Source: Escherichia coli (GTDB taxonomy: Bacteria > Pseudomonadota > Gammaproteobacteria > Enterobacterales > Enterobacteriaceae). Taken from it: a stretch of 64,000 nt of DNA. Positions 48,657 through 57,494 of the stretch are shown one piece after another. A program made the translations under genes and the position numbers. The number at the start of each line of letters is the position of its first letter. The stretch's first letter is position 1. The notes beneath the pieces were generated by a model, which saw only the letters and a list, made by a program, of their open reading frames with translations, made no database searches and was not told the DNA's origin. The stretch is from the NCBI RefSeq assembly GCF_003334405.1, contig NZ_QOWM01000008.1; one strand, 5' to 3'.

Positions 48657-49127
48657 CTTATCTATCCCCTTAACGCCGGGTGTACAAATTTTGCGTTCAG
48701 CGGAAAACCTGGTACCGGGAAGAACCACTTAGCGGCAGCTATCGGGAATCGCCTGCTGAAAGACGGTCAGACAGTGATTGTGGTTACCGTGGCTGATGTT
48801 ATGAGTGCCCTGCACGCCAGCTATGACGACGGGCAGTCAGGCGAAAAATTTTTGCGGGAACTGTGCGAAGTGGATCTGCTGGTTCTTGATGAAATTGGCA
48901 TTCAGCGCGAGACGAAAAACGAGCAGGTGGTACTGCACCAGATTGTTGATCGCCGGACAGCGTCGATGCGCAGCGTGGGGATGCTGACAAACCTGAACTA
49001 TGAGGCCATGAAAACATTGCTTGGCGAGCGGATTATGGATCGCATGACCATGAACGGCGGGCGATGGGTGAATTTCAACTGGGAGAGCTGGCGTCCGAAT
49101 GTCGTCCAGCCAGGAATTGCGAAGTAA
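48648..49127 (+). pseudogene. ydaV: N-terminally truncated DnaC-like replication/helicase-loader gene (ydaV homologue); only the AAA+ half is present
   Basis: Homology begins at Walker A FSGKPGTGKNHLAAAI and runs through VDLLVLDEIG and the DnaC-like C-terminus; the N-terminal domain is absent and the 5' end overlaps the ydaG start. Confidence 0.6.
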
Positions 49128-49149
49128 TTTTTACCGGGAGAAAAATTTA

Positions 49150-49911
49150 ATGGAGACTGTTTTTGACGTACTGAAAGCAATGGGAAAAGCCACATCCATA
49201 GAACTTGCTGCGCGACTTGATATCAGTCGTGAAGAAGTGCTGAACGAACTATGGGAACTGAAAAAGGCTGGTTTCGTTGATAAAAGCGCGTACACCTGGC
49301 GTGTGGCTGATAACAACGTTCAGCAGGAACAGCCAGCGCCGGCAGAACTGCCGGAAGAAACTACCACGGCAACAGTCGCGAAAATTTCAGAGAGCGATTT
49401 AACTGCGACGATTGAACAACGTGGACCACAAACGGCGGATGAGCTGGCTACATTGTTTGGTACCACATCACGCAAAGTGGCTTCAACGCTGGCAATGGCA
49501 ATCAGCAAAGGTCGTCTGCTTCGCGTAAATCAGGGCGGTAAATTTCGTTACTGCATACCGGGCGATAATTTACCAGCAGAGCCGAAAGCAGCATCGGTAG
49601 CGGAAACTGCTGGTAAGGCCTTTCCTCAGCCCGCAGGTGTTGCGTTACCAGTACAGGAGGCTGCAACACAGGAAGATATTAAAACAGAAACTGTGGCGGA
49701 CATTGTGCAGTCGCTGCCATCGTTTACTGAAACGCGAGCGGATGACCTGGTTTTACCATCACTGCATATGGCAAACCGCGAACTGCGTCGGGCGAAAAAT
49801 CATGTCCAGAAGTGGGAGCGTGTCTGCGCCGCGCTGCGGGAGCTGAACAAGCACAGGGATATTGTACGACAGATTACTGATTCTTCCCGCCATGTTGCAT
49901 CGGAAAAGTGA
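49150..49911 (+). CDS. Prophage protein with two tandem winged-helix-like segments
   Basis: ORF 49099-49911; start placed at METVFDVLK after GGAG; two similar segments ([28 protein letters not shown] and [28 protein letters not shown]). Confidence 0.5.
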   Translation: METVFDVLKAMGKATSIELAARLDISREEVLNELWELKKAGFVDKSAYTWRVADNNVQQEQPAPAELPEETTTATVAKISESDLTATIEQRGPQTADELATLFGTTSRKVASTLAMAISKGRLLRVNQGGKFRYCIPGDNLPAEPKAASVAETAGKAFPQPAGVALPVQEAATQEDIKTETVADIVQSLPSFTETRADDLVLPSLHMANRELRRAKNHVQKWERVCAALRELNKHRDIVRQITDSSRHVASEK

Positions 49912-49926
49912 TTGCCGGAGGCACCT

Positions 49927-50349
49927 ATGGCAAAAGTATTTACACCAGAAGAGCGGGAAAAAATTAAAGGGCAGGTTGTTGAACTTGTACGTCTGAGCGG
50001 TCGCGAGACGTTACGGGCTCTGGAGGCTAAAACCGGTGCATCAAGGTATTACATAAGCACTCTCGCCAGAGAACTGGTCGCCAGTGGTGATGTTTACAAT
50101 TCAGGCTACGGATTATTCCCGTCTGAGCAGGCGCGTAAAGACTGGCAAAACGCCCGCAAAAAACTATCAAGGGCAAAGGTGAAGAAACCGGTTGTGGTTG
50201 ATCCTGACCTTATCTGGTCATTACCAGACGGAGAAATACGCCGTTACGACAGGCGTCTGAACATAATCTGTCGCGAGTGCCTGAAGAGAGAAGTTATGCA
50301 GCGTGTACTTGCGTTCTACCATGGAAATATTCAGGAGGTTGTGTGGTGA
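49927..50349 (+). CDS. Hypothetical prophage protein
   Basis: ORF 49912-50349; start placed at MAKVFTPEER after GGAGG; a 36-codon GTG-initiated ORF (50346-50456) with AGGAGG follows. Confidence 0.45.
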   Translation: MAKVFTPEEREKIKGQVVELVRLSGRETLRALEAKTGASRYYISTLARELVASGDVYNSGYGLFPSEQARKDWQNARKKLSRAKVKKPVVVDPDLIWSLPDGEIRRYDRRLNIICRECLKREVMQRVLAFYHGNIQEVVW

Positions 50350-50523
50350 ACAAGATTAACTATCCGTGGGTAGTCGCTGTCAATGCTTTACTTGCTGAAG
50401 TTCGGGCGGGCGCATTTAACGATCTTTGCGCGGAACAACTTCGTACGCATGAATAATTAAGTTAGCACTGTAAATAAAATTTAATCCTTAGCCGGAGGTA
50501 TTTCTGCACCCTCATAAAATCAG

Positions 50524-50547
50524 GAAACCGCCCGAAAGGGCGGTGGT
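50524..50547. terminator. Bidirectional intrinsic terminator between convergent prophage units
   Basis: Hairpin ACCGCCC-gaaa-GGGCGGT with T-rich flanks on both strands. Confidence 0.55.
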
Positions 50548-50555
50548 TTCATTGT

Positions 50556-51110
50556 TTAACTATCTAATATTGTGCTAAATCTTTTTATAACCATCAAGAA
50601 TGTTACTACGGTAAAAAAGAAGGATGAGTATGCTAAATAACTGATTATGTAAGCAGGGGTTGCGAAATACCATTTTTTTAATTCACTTGGGGTTTCTGGG
50701 AGAAAATATATTGCAACCGAAAAAATAACTAACGCTACAGATGTTAATATAGCATAAGAAACATTGTGACATAATTGCTCATATACGGTTTTATTATTAT
50801 TTAAAATTATTAGATTTGAACGTGGTTTGTTGTTTTCCTCAATGTCTGAAATTTTAAATACAGTTTTTTGTTTTTGATCGTAGATCATAATAACCGCGCT
50901 CATTAACAGTGCGGTAGTAATTGCTCCAAAGTTAACAAAAACAGATGCGATAGAGGTTTTCATTATCCCATAGGTAAAACATATGATTAATGATAATGTA
51001 AGAGGAATAATGAAGTGTATTGCGATGTCTTCGAGTAAAATATTTCCGCGTTGATCCGACATTGTTGTGTAATGTTTTTTTATTACACTCATTACGTTAA
51101 TCTTGTTCAT
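50556..51110 (-). CDS. Four-helix integral membrane protein (184 aa), downstream gene of an uncharacterised two-gene cassette
   Basis: Four hydrophobic segments of about 20 residues; start ATG overlaps the upstream gene stop (ATGA); AT-rich. Confidence 0.55.
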   Translation of the reverse strand: MNKINVMSVIKKHYTTMSDQRGNILLEDIAIHFIIPLTLSLIICFTYGIMKTSIASVFVNFGAITTALLMSAVIMIYDQKQKTVFKISDIEENNKPRSNLIILNNNKTVYEQLCHNVSYAILTSVALVIFSVAIYFLPETPSELKKWYFATPAYIISYLAYSSFFFTVVTFLMVIKRFSTILDS

Positions 51111-52039
51111 ATTTTTAATCCCCCATTACCACTATGTAACTCACTTAGTATATCATTCGCAATGATTTTAACAGTGTCATGAAGTGCTTTAAGATCGGGG
51201 ATTCCTGTAGATGCGTTTATGTTTAAGTCGTTATCATCTAATTCGGCAGAAATTCCTTTTCTTAAGATGGTGTCGTAATTAAAAATGACTGTTCTATTGC
51301 CTAATTGTAAACTAACTTTTATTGCGTCACACTTATCTTCAATTATTTCTATTATATTTCCTAGTTTTTTGTCTTTTAAGTCTTTAAAACTACCAAATAC
51401 GCCTTGATTTGCTTTTATTACCAAATCGGTTTTGATGTTTGTTTTGTTATTTCCGAATGAATCCGTGATGTCCTTTGGTGCTTTGTAACCTTGGGCTTTT
51501 ATTTGTTTTAATTCTGAATCAAGGATGTGTTGGGGGATTTTTTTGTGGCAAAGAGGATTGATTCTCGCTTCAAGTTTATATTTTGTTTTCAAGTGGTCTA
51601 GTAATGCATCAGAGAGTGTGCTGCGAGCAGAAATATTGTCATTAGCGTGAAATGCTATAATCCCTTCTTCTAAATTGTCTGGCAAAAATATTAAAATGTA
51701 ACGCTGTTTGAGAGTTACATCGTTGATAGTTGTTGTATAACGTATTTTAGTAAGTTTATCGTCTTTTATTTCACTGCTCTCACCATATTTCCCAACCTTT
51801 ACATATCCATATATTACTTGGTTTTGAGCATCAAAGGTGAGTGATGTGTGTTGTTCAAGAGAAACCTTTGTTTTCGAGAGACCAAATTCAATAGGTGTGT
51901 TTTTATAGCTATTAAAATACTCAACAAATAATTCATATGCTGTTTTTTTATCGCTTAAACCTAGGTTGTTTAGTCTTTTGCTGGTTCGGCTGCCCTTGTG
52001 GGTTAACACACGGAATGAATAGAAGTTAACGCTGTGCAT
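51107..52039 (-). CDS. Uncharacterised soluble Lys/Asn-rich protein (310 aa), upstream gene of the two-gene cassette
   Basis: No transmembrane segment or nucleotide-binding motif seen; AT-rich codon usage unlike flanking genes; coupled to the membrane gene. Confidence 0.55.
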   Translation of the reverse strand: MHSVNFYSFRVLTHKGSRTSKRLNNLGLSDKKTAYELFVEYFNSYKNTPIEFGLSKTKVSLEQHTSLTFDAQNQVIYGYVKVGKYGESSEIKDDKLTKIRYTTTINDVTLKQRYILIFLPDNLEEGIIAFHANDNISARSTLSDALLDHLKTKYKLEARINPLCHKKIPQHILDSELKQIKAQGYKAPKDITDSFGNNKTNIKTDLVIKANQGVFGSFKDLKDKKLGNIIEIIEDKCDAIKVSLQLGNRTVIFNYDTILRKGISAELDDNDLNINASTGIPDLKALHDTVKIIANDILSELHSGNGGLKI

Positions 52040-52406
52040 GAAAAGTCCTTTTGAACATATAGGAATATATTAGAGCATGAATGTGTGCAATGCATAAAAG
52101 AAAAAGCTACCGCAAGGCGACTCCACCCACAGATAGCTCTTAATTGATTGTTTGTAAAAAATAATACATTAATTATCTTCTGTGTAAAGAGGGAAACAGC
52201 CTTAGGGTAAGGGACACGAGTTGGGGGGATTGGTGAAATTTGCGTTGAGGATAAAACGATTTGCGGGAAAAGGATAGTTAAGTAGAATTGCTGCGGGTGC
52301 TTGAGGCTGTCTGCCTCGGGCATGAACACCAAAGGCAGATAGAGAAAAGCCCCAGTTAACATTACGCGTCCGGCAAGACGCTTAACATTAATCTGAGGCC
52401 ACATCT

Positions 52407-52655
52407 ATGCTTTGCATACGTAGATTAGCCTCTTACCGACCAAAAGGTCAAGGAGAAGCAGGCTATGAAGCAGCAAAAGGCGATGTTAATCACCCTGATC
52501 GTCATCTGTTTAACCGTTATAGTGACGGTACTGGTAACGAGGAAAGACCTCTGCGAGGTACGAATCCGAACCGACCAGACGGAGGTCGCTGTCTTCACAG
52601 CTTACGAACTTGGGGAGTAAGAGGACCAGCGGGGAGAAATCCCCGCAACCTCTGA
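52407..52655 (+). CDS. mok: mok-like overlapping reading frame (start uncertain)
   Basis: 82-codon ORF in another frame that fully overlaps hok, as in hok/mok/sok loci. Confidence 0.4.
   Translation: MLCIRRLASYRPKGQGEAGYEAAKGDVNHPDRHLFNRYSDGTGNEERPLRGTNPNRPDGGRCLHSLRTWGVRGPAGRNPRNL
52465..52620 (+). CDS. hok: Hok-family type I toxin (51 aa)
   Basis: Hand-translated MKQQKAMLITLIVICLTVIVTVLVTRKDLCEVRIRTDQTEVAVFTAYELGE, near-identical to recalled HokD/RelF; AAGGAG 9 nt upstream. Confidence 0.8.
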   Translation: MKQQKAMLITLIVICLTVIVTVLVTRKDLCEVRIRTDQTEVAVFTAYELGE

Positions 52656-53083
52656 TGTATTATGCATCCTCAACGCAGCCACAGTTAACCTGATTGGCGG
52701 GTTTATTTCATCTGTAAATATTTTTATAAAAATAATGCCCACGCACAGCATAAAACAAAAAGTATTACAGATAAAAAAGGAACGTAATGTGCAGATTTGT
52801 TGTTTTCCATATTTACTCACCTTAATATGATTAATCCTGATAGGGTTGTTATTTCAGCGGTTTTCAAATGAGATATTATGGTGATCTGACAAATTTGCAT
52901 AACATTAAAATTTAATTTGTTTAACCGCTTTTAATAATAAGCGTTGTTTGTATCCCAGCAATCTGTTGTTTGGTTTTTATTCCATTAAGGTGGGGGCTTT
53001 ACACTGGAACCAGTTTATTTATACTTTATACGTCAGCCTGAACAACTGGCATCTGCTGCACTGCGCCATCGAGAGATTGAGAA

Positions 53084-53683
53084 ATGGCGCATATACAACT
53101 GGTCAAACAAACTTCTTCTGGTTTACTTCTCCCGGCGACGCCGGAGAGTTGCGATTTTCTGCATCAAATCAAAATAGGTGAGTGGATACACGCAGACTTT
53201 AAGCGTGTGCGTAACTACGCATTCCACAAGCGTTTTTTCAAACTCCTGCAACTGGGATTCGATTACTGGACTCCGGTCGGTGGGGCGATCACGCCTCGCG
53301 AACGAGAACTGCTGTCTGGTTTCGTTGATTACCTGTGCGAATCAGTTGGTCGGGAACACACGCCAGCCCTGAGTGATGCCGCAGAGCAATACCTTAACAC
53401 CGTTGCGACTCGTAGAACCCGGGATACGGCGTTGCTAAAGTCGTTTGAGGCTTTCCGCGAGTGGGTAACCATTCAGGCCGGATTTTACACCGAGCATATT
53501 TATCCGGACGGTAGCCGTGGGCGTCGGGCAAAATCCATCGCTTTTGCGAATATGGACGAAGTCGAGTTTCAGCAGGTTTATAAATCTGTACTGAATGTGC
53601 TGTGGAACTGGATTCTGTTCCGTAAATTCTCCTCTCAGGAGGAAGTTGAAAATGTGGCCGCACAACTACTGGAGTTTGCGTAA
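53084..53683 (+). CDS. Lambdoid nin-region protein, possibly DUF1367-like
   Basis: 199-aa ORF directly upstream of and coupled to the next two late-regulatory genes; family assigned from memory only. Confidence 0.45.
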   Translation: MAHIQLVKQTSSGLLLPATPESCDFLHQIKIGEWIHADFKRVRNYAFHKRFFKLLQLGFDYWTPVGGAITPRERELLSGFVDYLCESVGREHTPALSDAAEQYLNTVATRRTRDTALLKSFEAFREWVTIQAGFYTEHIYPDGSRGRRAKSIAFANMDEVEFQQVYKSVLNVLWNWILFRKFSSQEEVENVAAQLLEFA

Positions 53684-53973
53684 TGGTGAATTTACGTAAA
53701 GCGGCTAAAGGCCAGATGTGCCAGATCAGAATCCCTGGCTACTACAATCACAATCCCGAAACCTCTGTGCTGGCGCATTACAGGCTGGCGGGGACGTGCG
53801 GAACAGCGACAAAACCACATGATATGCAGGCGGCGATAGCCTGTAGCTCATGCCACGATCTAATCGACGGGCGGGTAAAAACCAGCGATTACACCAAAGA
53901 AGAATTGCGCCTGATGCATGCTGAAGGGGTTTTTCGCACACAAGAAATCTGGAGAAAGAAAGGTCATTTATGA
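53683..53973 (+). CDS. Small Cys/His-rich nin-region protein (YbcO-like)
   Basis: 96-aa ORF with C...C...H...C..C.H spacing; ATGA overlap with the upstream gene. Confidence 0.45.
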   Translation: MVNLRKAAKGQMCQIRIPGYYNHNPETSVLAHYRLAGTCGTATKPHDMQAAIACSSCHDLIDGRVKTSDYTKEELRLMHAEGVFRTQEIWRKKGHL

Positions 53974-54512
53974 TTTACCCAACGAATACAGGAAAAAGCG
54001 GAGAACACCTTCGCCTCACCACGCTGGAAAGTGTCTGGATTCAGGGAAAACTACGTATGTGGGGGCGCTGGTCGTATATTGGCGGTGGCAGGTCAGGGAA
54101 TATGTTCAATCAGTTGTTGGCATCCAAAAAACTGACGAAAACAGCCATTAATGAAGCCCTGCGCAGAATGAAAAAAGCGGGAATAGAGAAAGCTGAGCTG
54201 GAAGCGTTTTTGCGAGAGATGATCAACGGCAAGCAAAAGAGCTGGCTGGCGCATTGTACTGATGCAGAGGCGTTATGTATTGATCGAGTCATAAGTGAGG
54301 TGCTGGCAGAGCATCCAGGATTGATTTGCATTCTCCGGCAACGCTATGAAGGGCGGGGGATGACTAAGCGCAAAATGGCTGAATTGCTAAATGATGCACA
54401 CCCAGAGTGGTGTTTTAGCACATGCGAAAAACGGATTGCTAATTGGTTAGCTGTTGCTGAGTATGCCCTACATATTCCCATGCGTGAATCATTTGCTGAG
54501 AAAATGGCTTGA
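53970..54512 (+). CDS. Late-gene antiterminator Q-like protein
   Basis: 180-aa ORF in the Q position (after nin genes, before terminators and the lysis cassette); assigned mainly by position. Confidence 0.55.
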   Translation: MIYPTNTGKSGEHLRLTTLESVWIQGKLRMWGRWSYIGGGRSGNMFNQLLASKKLTKTAINEALRRMKKAGIEKAELEAFLREMINGKQKSWLAHCTDAEALCIDRVISEVLAEHPGLICILRQRYEGRGMTKRKMAELLNDAHPEWCFSTCEKRIANWLAVAEYALHIPMRESFAEKMA

Positions 54513-54592
54513 TTTCTTACGTATAAACTGCTTCAATTTTGCTATGCTTCGCAAAGCTGTATCGCGAGGCGGATTGCAGACATGGACATCGT

Positions 54593-54619
54593 AAAAAAAC
54601 CGCTTAATGCGGTTTTTTT
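54593..54619. terminator. Intrinsic terminator downstream of Q (candidate tR')
   Basis: 11-bp perfect stem AAAAAAACCGC-ttaat-GCGGTTTTTTT. Confidence 0.55.
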
Positions 54620-54938
54620 ACGTCAGGAAAGCAGGGGAGAATGCTGCTAGTTGGGCAACTGGTCTTTCTGCTCCAAATTATAACAGAGACCAGTTATAGT
54701 TTCGGTGCTGTGTTTTTTTACAATATTGTGATAACACATTGCTGGCGGGAGTTTTGATATTTCTTGGCAGGGGCTGATGATGCGTTATCCTGATGTCGTC
54801 AACTCATATAAAATGAGATGAGAGATCATTGCAGGGTGGTTTGTAATTCGCTGTTTAGCGGGACAATATGTTGTCTGATACAAGACACCCGACGCCTCAG
54901 ATTACTATAATAAAGACGAAGCATCCTTTGTATTGACC

Positions 54939-54966
54939 AACCGCCTGTTTAGGCGGTTCTTTTTGG
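54939..54966 (+). terminator. Second intrinsic terminator in the Q-to-lysis spacer
   Basis: Hairpin CCGCCT-gttt-AGGCGG followed by TTCTTTTT. Confidence 0.5.
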
Positions 54967-55555
54967 GCTGGTTTATTGTATGCCAAATGATTATTAAAAA
55001 GGTTGTGTTAATAACAAAATCCGAAATAATATGCCTGCATATTTTTATCTTGCTTATATTCTGCATATTGTGCATAGCAGGCTCATCCCTGCAATCAAAA
55101 CTGTATGATGAGTATTTTTTGTTTTCCTTTTTTCCAGTCATCTGATGATGACCTGCTTCTTTTTAATCCGGATCGACATCAGTTTTTTAAGATAATTCCT
55201 GCGAGTTATATGCATAAATGCCACAAACTCCGCATTTTATGTGGTTGGGAGTTGCCGGGCGCGCAGTGAGTTTGCTAAGAAAACTCCTGCATGGTGAATC
55301 CCCCTGTGCGGTGGGGTGATACCATTAACCTTTTCTGTCGCCGACAGGTATCACGAACATTTTGTTCACCGGGAGGCACCCGGCACCATGTACTTCAATA
55401 GATTCTCTCCACATTATGGATATTCTTTCAGAATATCCCACGCAGACTTTGTGTAAATGTTAACAAATGTGCGTTTTATTTGATCTGATTCGCTGTTTGA
55501 GCGTCCAAAACAACGGTATATATAATCCTTTACTATATGACATATGTGAGGAAAA

Positions 55556-55984
55556 ATGGGTTTTCGTAGCGCATCAATTCTTACGTTGATTATTAGTGGG
55601 ATTATTATCGGGTGCACTGATGCTGTATCGACAAATTATCATGACCGTACATCATATTACTCCGATAAAGCAATAGAGACACAGTATGTGAGTTCATCTG
55701 AACGTACTTCTGATGTTAGTGAGGATATCCGTCTGTATGCCCATCAAATCAAGAGCGCCATCGAAAAACAGTTCGGGGATGCGAGTAAGTATTCAGGAAA
55801 AGAGTGTACACTGAGAATGCATATGGCCCCGAATGGCCTTCTACTGGAGGTTAAAAGAGAAAGTGGAGACCTCGATTTATGTCGTGAAGCGATGAATGCG
55901 ATAAAGAATGCTGATATACCTGCCCCCCCTTCGCCGGAAGTATATAAAGTATTTCAAAATGGGGTGCTGGATTTTAAACCCTGA
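55556..55984 (+). CDS. Lipoprotein with TolA C-terminal (domain III)-like fold, copy 1
   Basis: Signal peptide with lipobox IIGC; C-terminal QIKSAIEKQF...GKECTLRMHMAPNGLLLEV...LCREAMNAI...IPAPPSPEVYKVFQNGVLDFKP resembles recalled TolA domain III. Confidence 0.6.
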   Translation: MGFRSASILTLIISGIIIGCTDAVSTNYHDRTSYYSDKAIETQYVSSSERTSDVSEDIRLYAHQIKSAIEKQFGDASKYSGKECTLRMHMAPNGLLLEVKRESGDLDLCREAMNAIKNADIPAPPSPEVYKVFQNGVLDFKP

Positions 55985-56134
55985 TATTTATTGTTTTGTA
56001 ATAAACGGTTTCGGCTTAGGTTTGTTCTGACACAGCTACGGCACTGAGCTAAATTTAGCGGATAGTCAGCTCTGAGCCAGTGGCGGACGTAACAACTACT
56101 ATTGCTGAGATTTTAATGGATTGAGGAGCAAGAA

Positions 56135-56530
56135 GTGGGATTAAAGAAAATCGTTATGTTGACTTTTTGGGTCGGTTTTGTTGCGGGATGCACACCTTTA
56201 CACCCTTCAGATTGCCACAAAACTACTGCTACAGGTAGTTGCAGTTCAGGACGCTGGGATGATCAGGATGAATGGGGGGCGCAAGCGCGGGGAATCAGAG
56301 CTGCAATTAATGCCAAACTTGATGAGCCGCATAACTGGAAAGGGAAAAAATGCAGGTTGCATATGGAATTCTCTCAGGATGGCACGGCGTTAAAAATATC
56401 TACCAGTAACGGTGATAAAGCCTATTGCGAAGCGATAAAGTCCGCAGCTCATAAAGCCAAATTTCCGGCCTTCAACAATCCGGAAGTCTACAGAGATTTT
56501 CAGAAATCTGGCTTTGACATGCGAGGTTAG
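56135..56530 (+). CDS. Lipoprotein with TolA C-terminal-like domain, copy 2 (divergent paralogue)
   Basis: GTG start after GAGGAG; lipobox VAGC; KKCRLHMEFSQDGTALKI...YCEAIKSAAHKAKFPAFNNPEVYRDFQKSGFD parallels copy 1. Confidence 0.55.
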   Translation: MGLKKIVMLTFWVGFVAGCTPLHPSDCHKTTATGSCSSGRWDDQDEWGAQARGIRAAINAKLDEPHNWKGKKCRLHMEFSQDGTALKISTSNGDKAYCEAIKSAAHKAKFPAFNNPEVYRDFQKSGFDMRG

Positions 56531-56655
56531 CTCTTCAATTACTATATCTCATTCATAGCAAACTGACAGATTTGATGATGTTCTATATACGAAACCTGTG
56601 ATGTCAAGTCTGAGCTAATACAAATAAACATAATATCAGAGAAATACATTTTATT

Positions 56656-56679
56656 AGCTCGCTACGGCGAGCTTTTTAT
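56656..56679 (+). terminator. Intrinsic terminator after the lipoprotein pair
   Basis: Hairpin AGCTCGC-tacg-GCGAGCT followed by TTTTTAT. Confidence 0.5.
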
Positions 56680-56781
56680 ATTGCATCGTCTCCAGCATAT
56701 ATATCAATTAAGGCTCTGATTGATGTGTCTGAAAGCCTACACATAATAACTATGCCATCCGTTCCGTGCGGAGGTGAGGCT

Positions 56782-56997
56782 ATGAAATCCATGGACAAAA
56801 TTTCAACAGGCATTGCCTACGGCACCTCCGCAGGCAGTGCTGGCTACTGGTTTTTACAGTTGCTCGATAGAGTAACTCCGTCACAGTGGGCTGCAATCGG
56901 TGTGCTGGGTAGTCTGGTATTTGGCCTGCTGACGTACCTGACAAACCTTTATTTCAAGATTAAAGAAGATAAGCGCAAGGCTGCGAGAGGTGAATAA
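56782..56997 (+). CDS. Phage-21-type class II holin (pinholin)
   Basis: [31 protein letters not shown]...KAARGE closely matches recalled S21; dual-start MKSM; two transmembrane segments. Confidence 0.85.
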   Translation: MKSMDKISTGIAYGTSAGSAGYWFLQLLDRVTPSQWAAIGVLGSLVFGLLTYLTNLYFKIKEDKRKAARGE

Positions 56998-57494
56998 TGC
57001 CTCCATCATTACGAAAAGTCGTTGCTGCTGCTATTGGTGGCGGAGCAATTGCTATAGCATCAGTGTTAATCACTGGCCCAAGTGGTAACGATGGTCTGGA
57101 AGGTGTCAGCTACATACCATACAAAGATATTGTTGGTGTATGGACTGTATGTCACGGGCATACAGGAAAAGACATCATGCTCGGTAAAACGTATACCAAA
57201 GCAGAATGCAAAACACTCTTGAATAAAGACCTTGCCACGGTCGCCAGACAAATTAACCCGTACATCAAAGTCGATATACCGGAAACAACGCGCGGCGCTC
57301 TTTACTCATTCGTTTACAACGTGGGTGCTGGCAATTTCAGAACATCGACGCTTCTTCGCAAAATAAACCAGGGCGATATCAAAGGCGCATGTGATCAGCT
57401 ACGTCGCTGGACATATGCTGGCGGTAAGCAATGGAAAGGTCTCATGACTCGTCGTGAGATTGAGCGTGAAATCTGTTTGTGGGGTCAGCAATGA
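56997..57494 (+). CDS. SAR endolysin (lysozyme, phage-21 R type)
   Basis: N-terminal Gly/Ala-rich signal-anchor-release segment ([18 protein letters not shown]) plus lysozyme core; start overlaps holin stop (TAATG). Confidence 0.85.
   Translation: MPPSLRKVVAAAIGGGAIAIASVLITGPSGNDGLEGVSYIPYKDIVGVWTVCHGHTGKDIMLGKTYTKAECKTLLNKDLATVARQINPYIKVDIPETTRGALYSFVYNVGAGNFRTSTLLRKINQGDIKGACDQLRRWTYAGGKQWKGLMTRREIEREICLWGQQ

Noticed and set aside
51107-52039. Calling the 310-aa protein a HEPN or RexA homologue
   Set aside because: Only a single Rx5H stretch and a similar size and gene order; no alignment-level evidence, so kept as an architecture analogy only.
52003-52404. 133-aa minus-strand ORF spanning the gap between the two-gene cassette and hok
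   Set aside because: Its 3' end overlaps the 310-aa gene start and it runs antisense to the hok leader; no SD at its start and composition inconsistent along its length. More likely the divergent promoter and leader region.
52602-52820. 72-aa hydrophobic minus-strand ORF downstream of hok
   Set aside because: Overlaps the hok/mok 3' end in antisense, lies in very AT-rich sequence where long ORFs arise by chance, and has no clear SD. Left as unresolved rather than called.
54640-55550. Possible tRNA genes between Q and the lysis cassette
   Set aside because: Looked for T-arm (GGTTCGAATCC-like) and acceptor-stem signatures by eye and found none; cannot fully exclude without a covariance-model scan.
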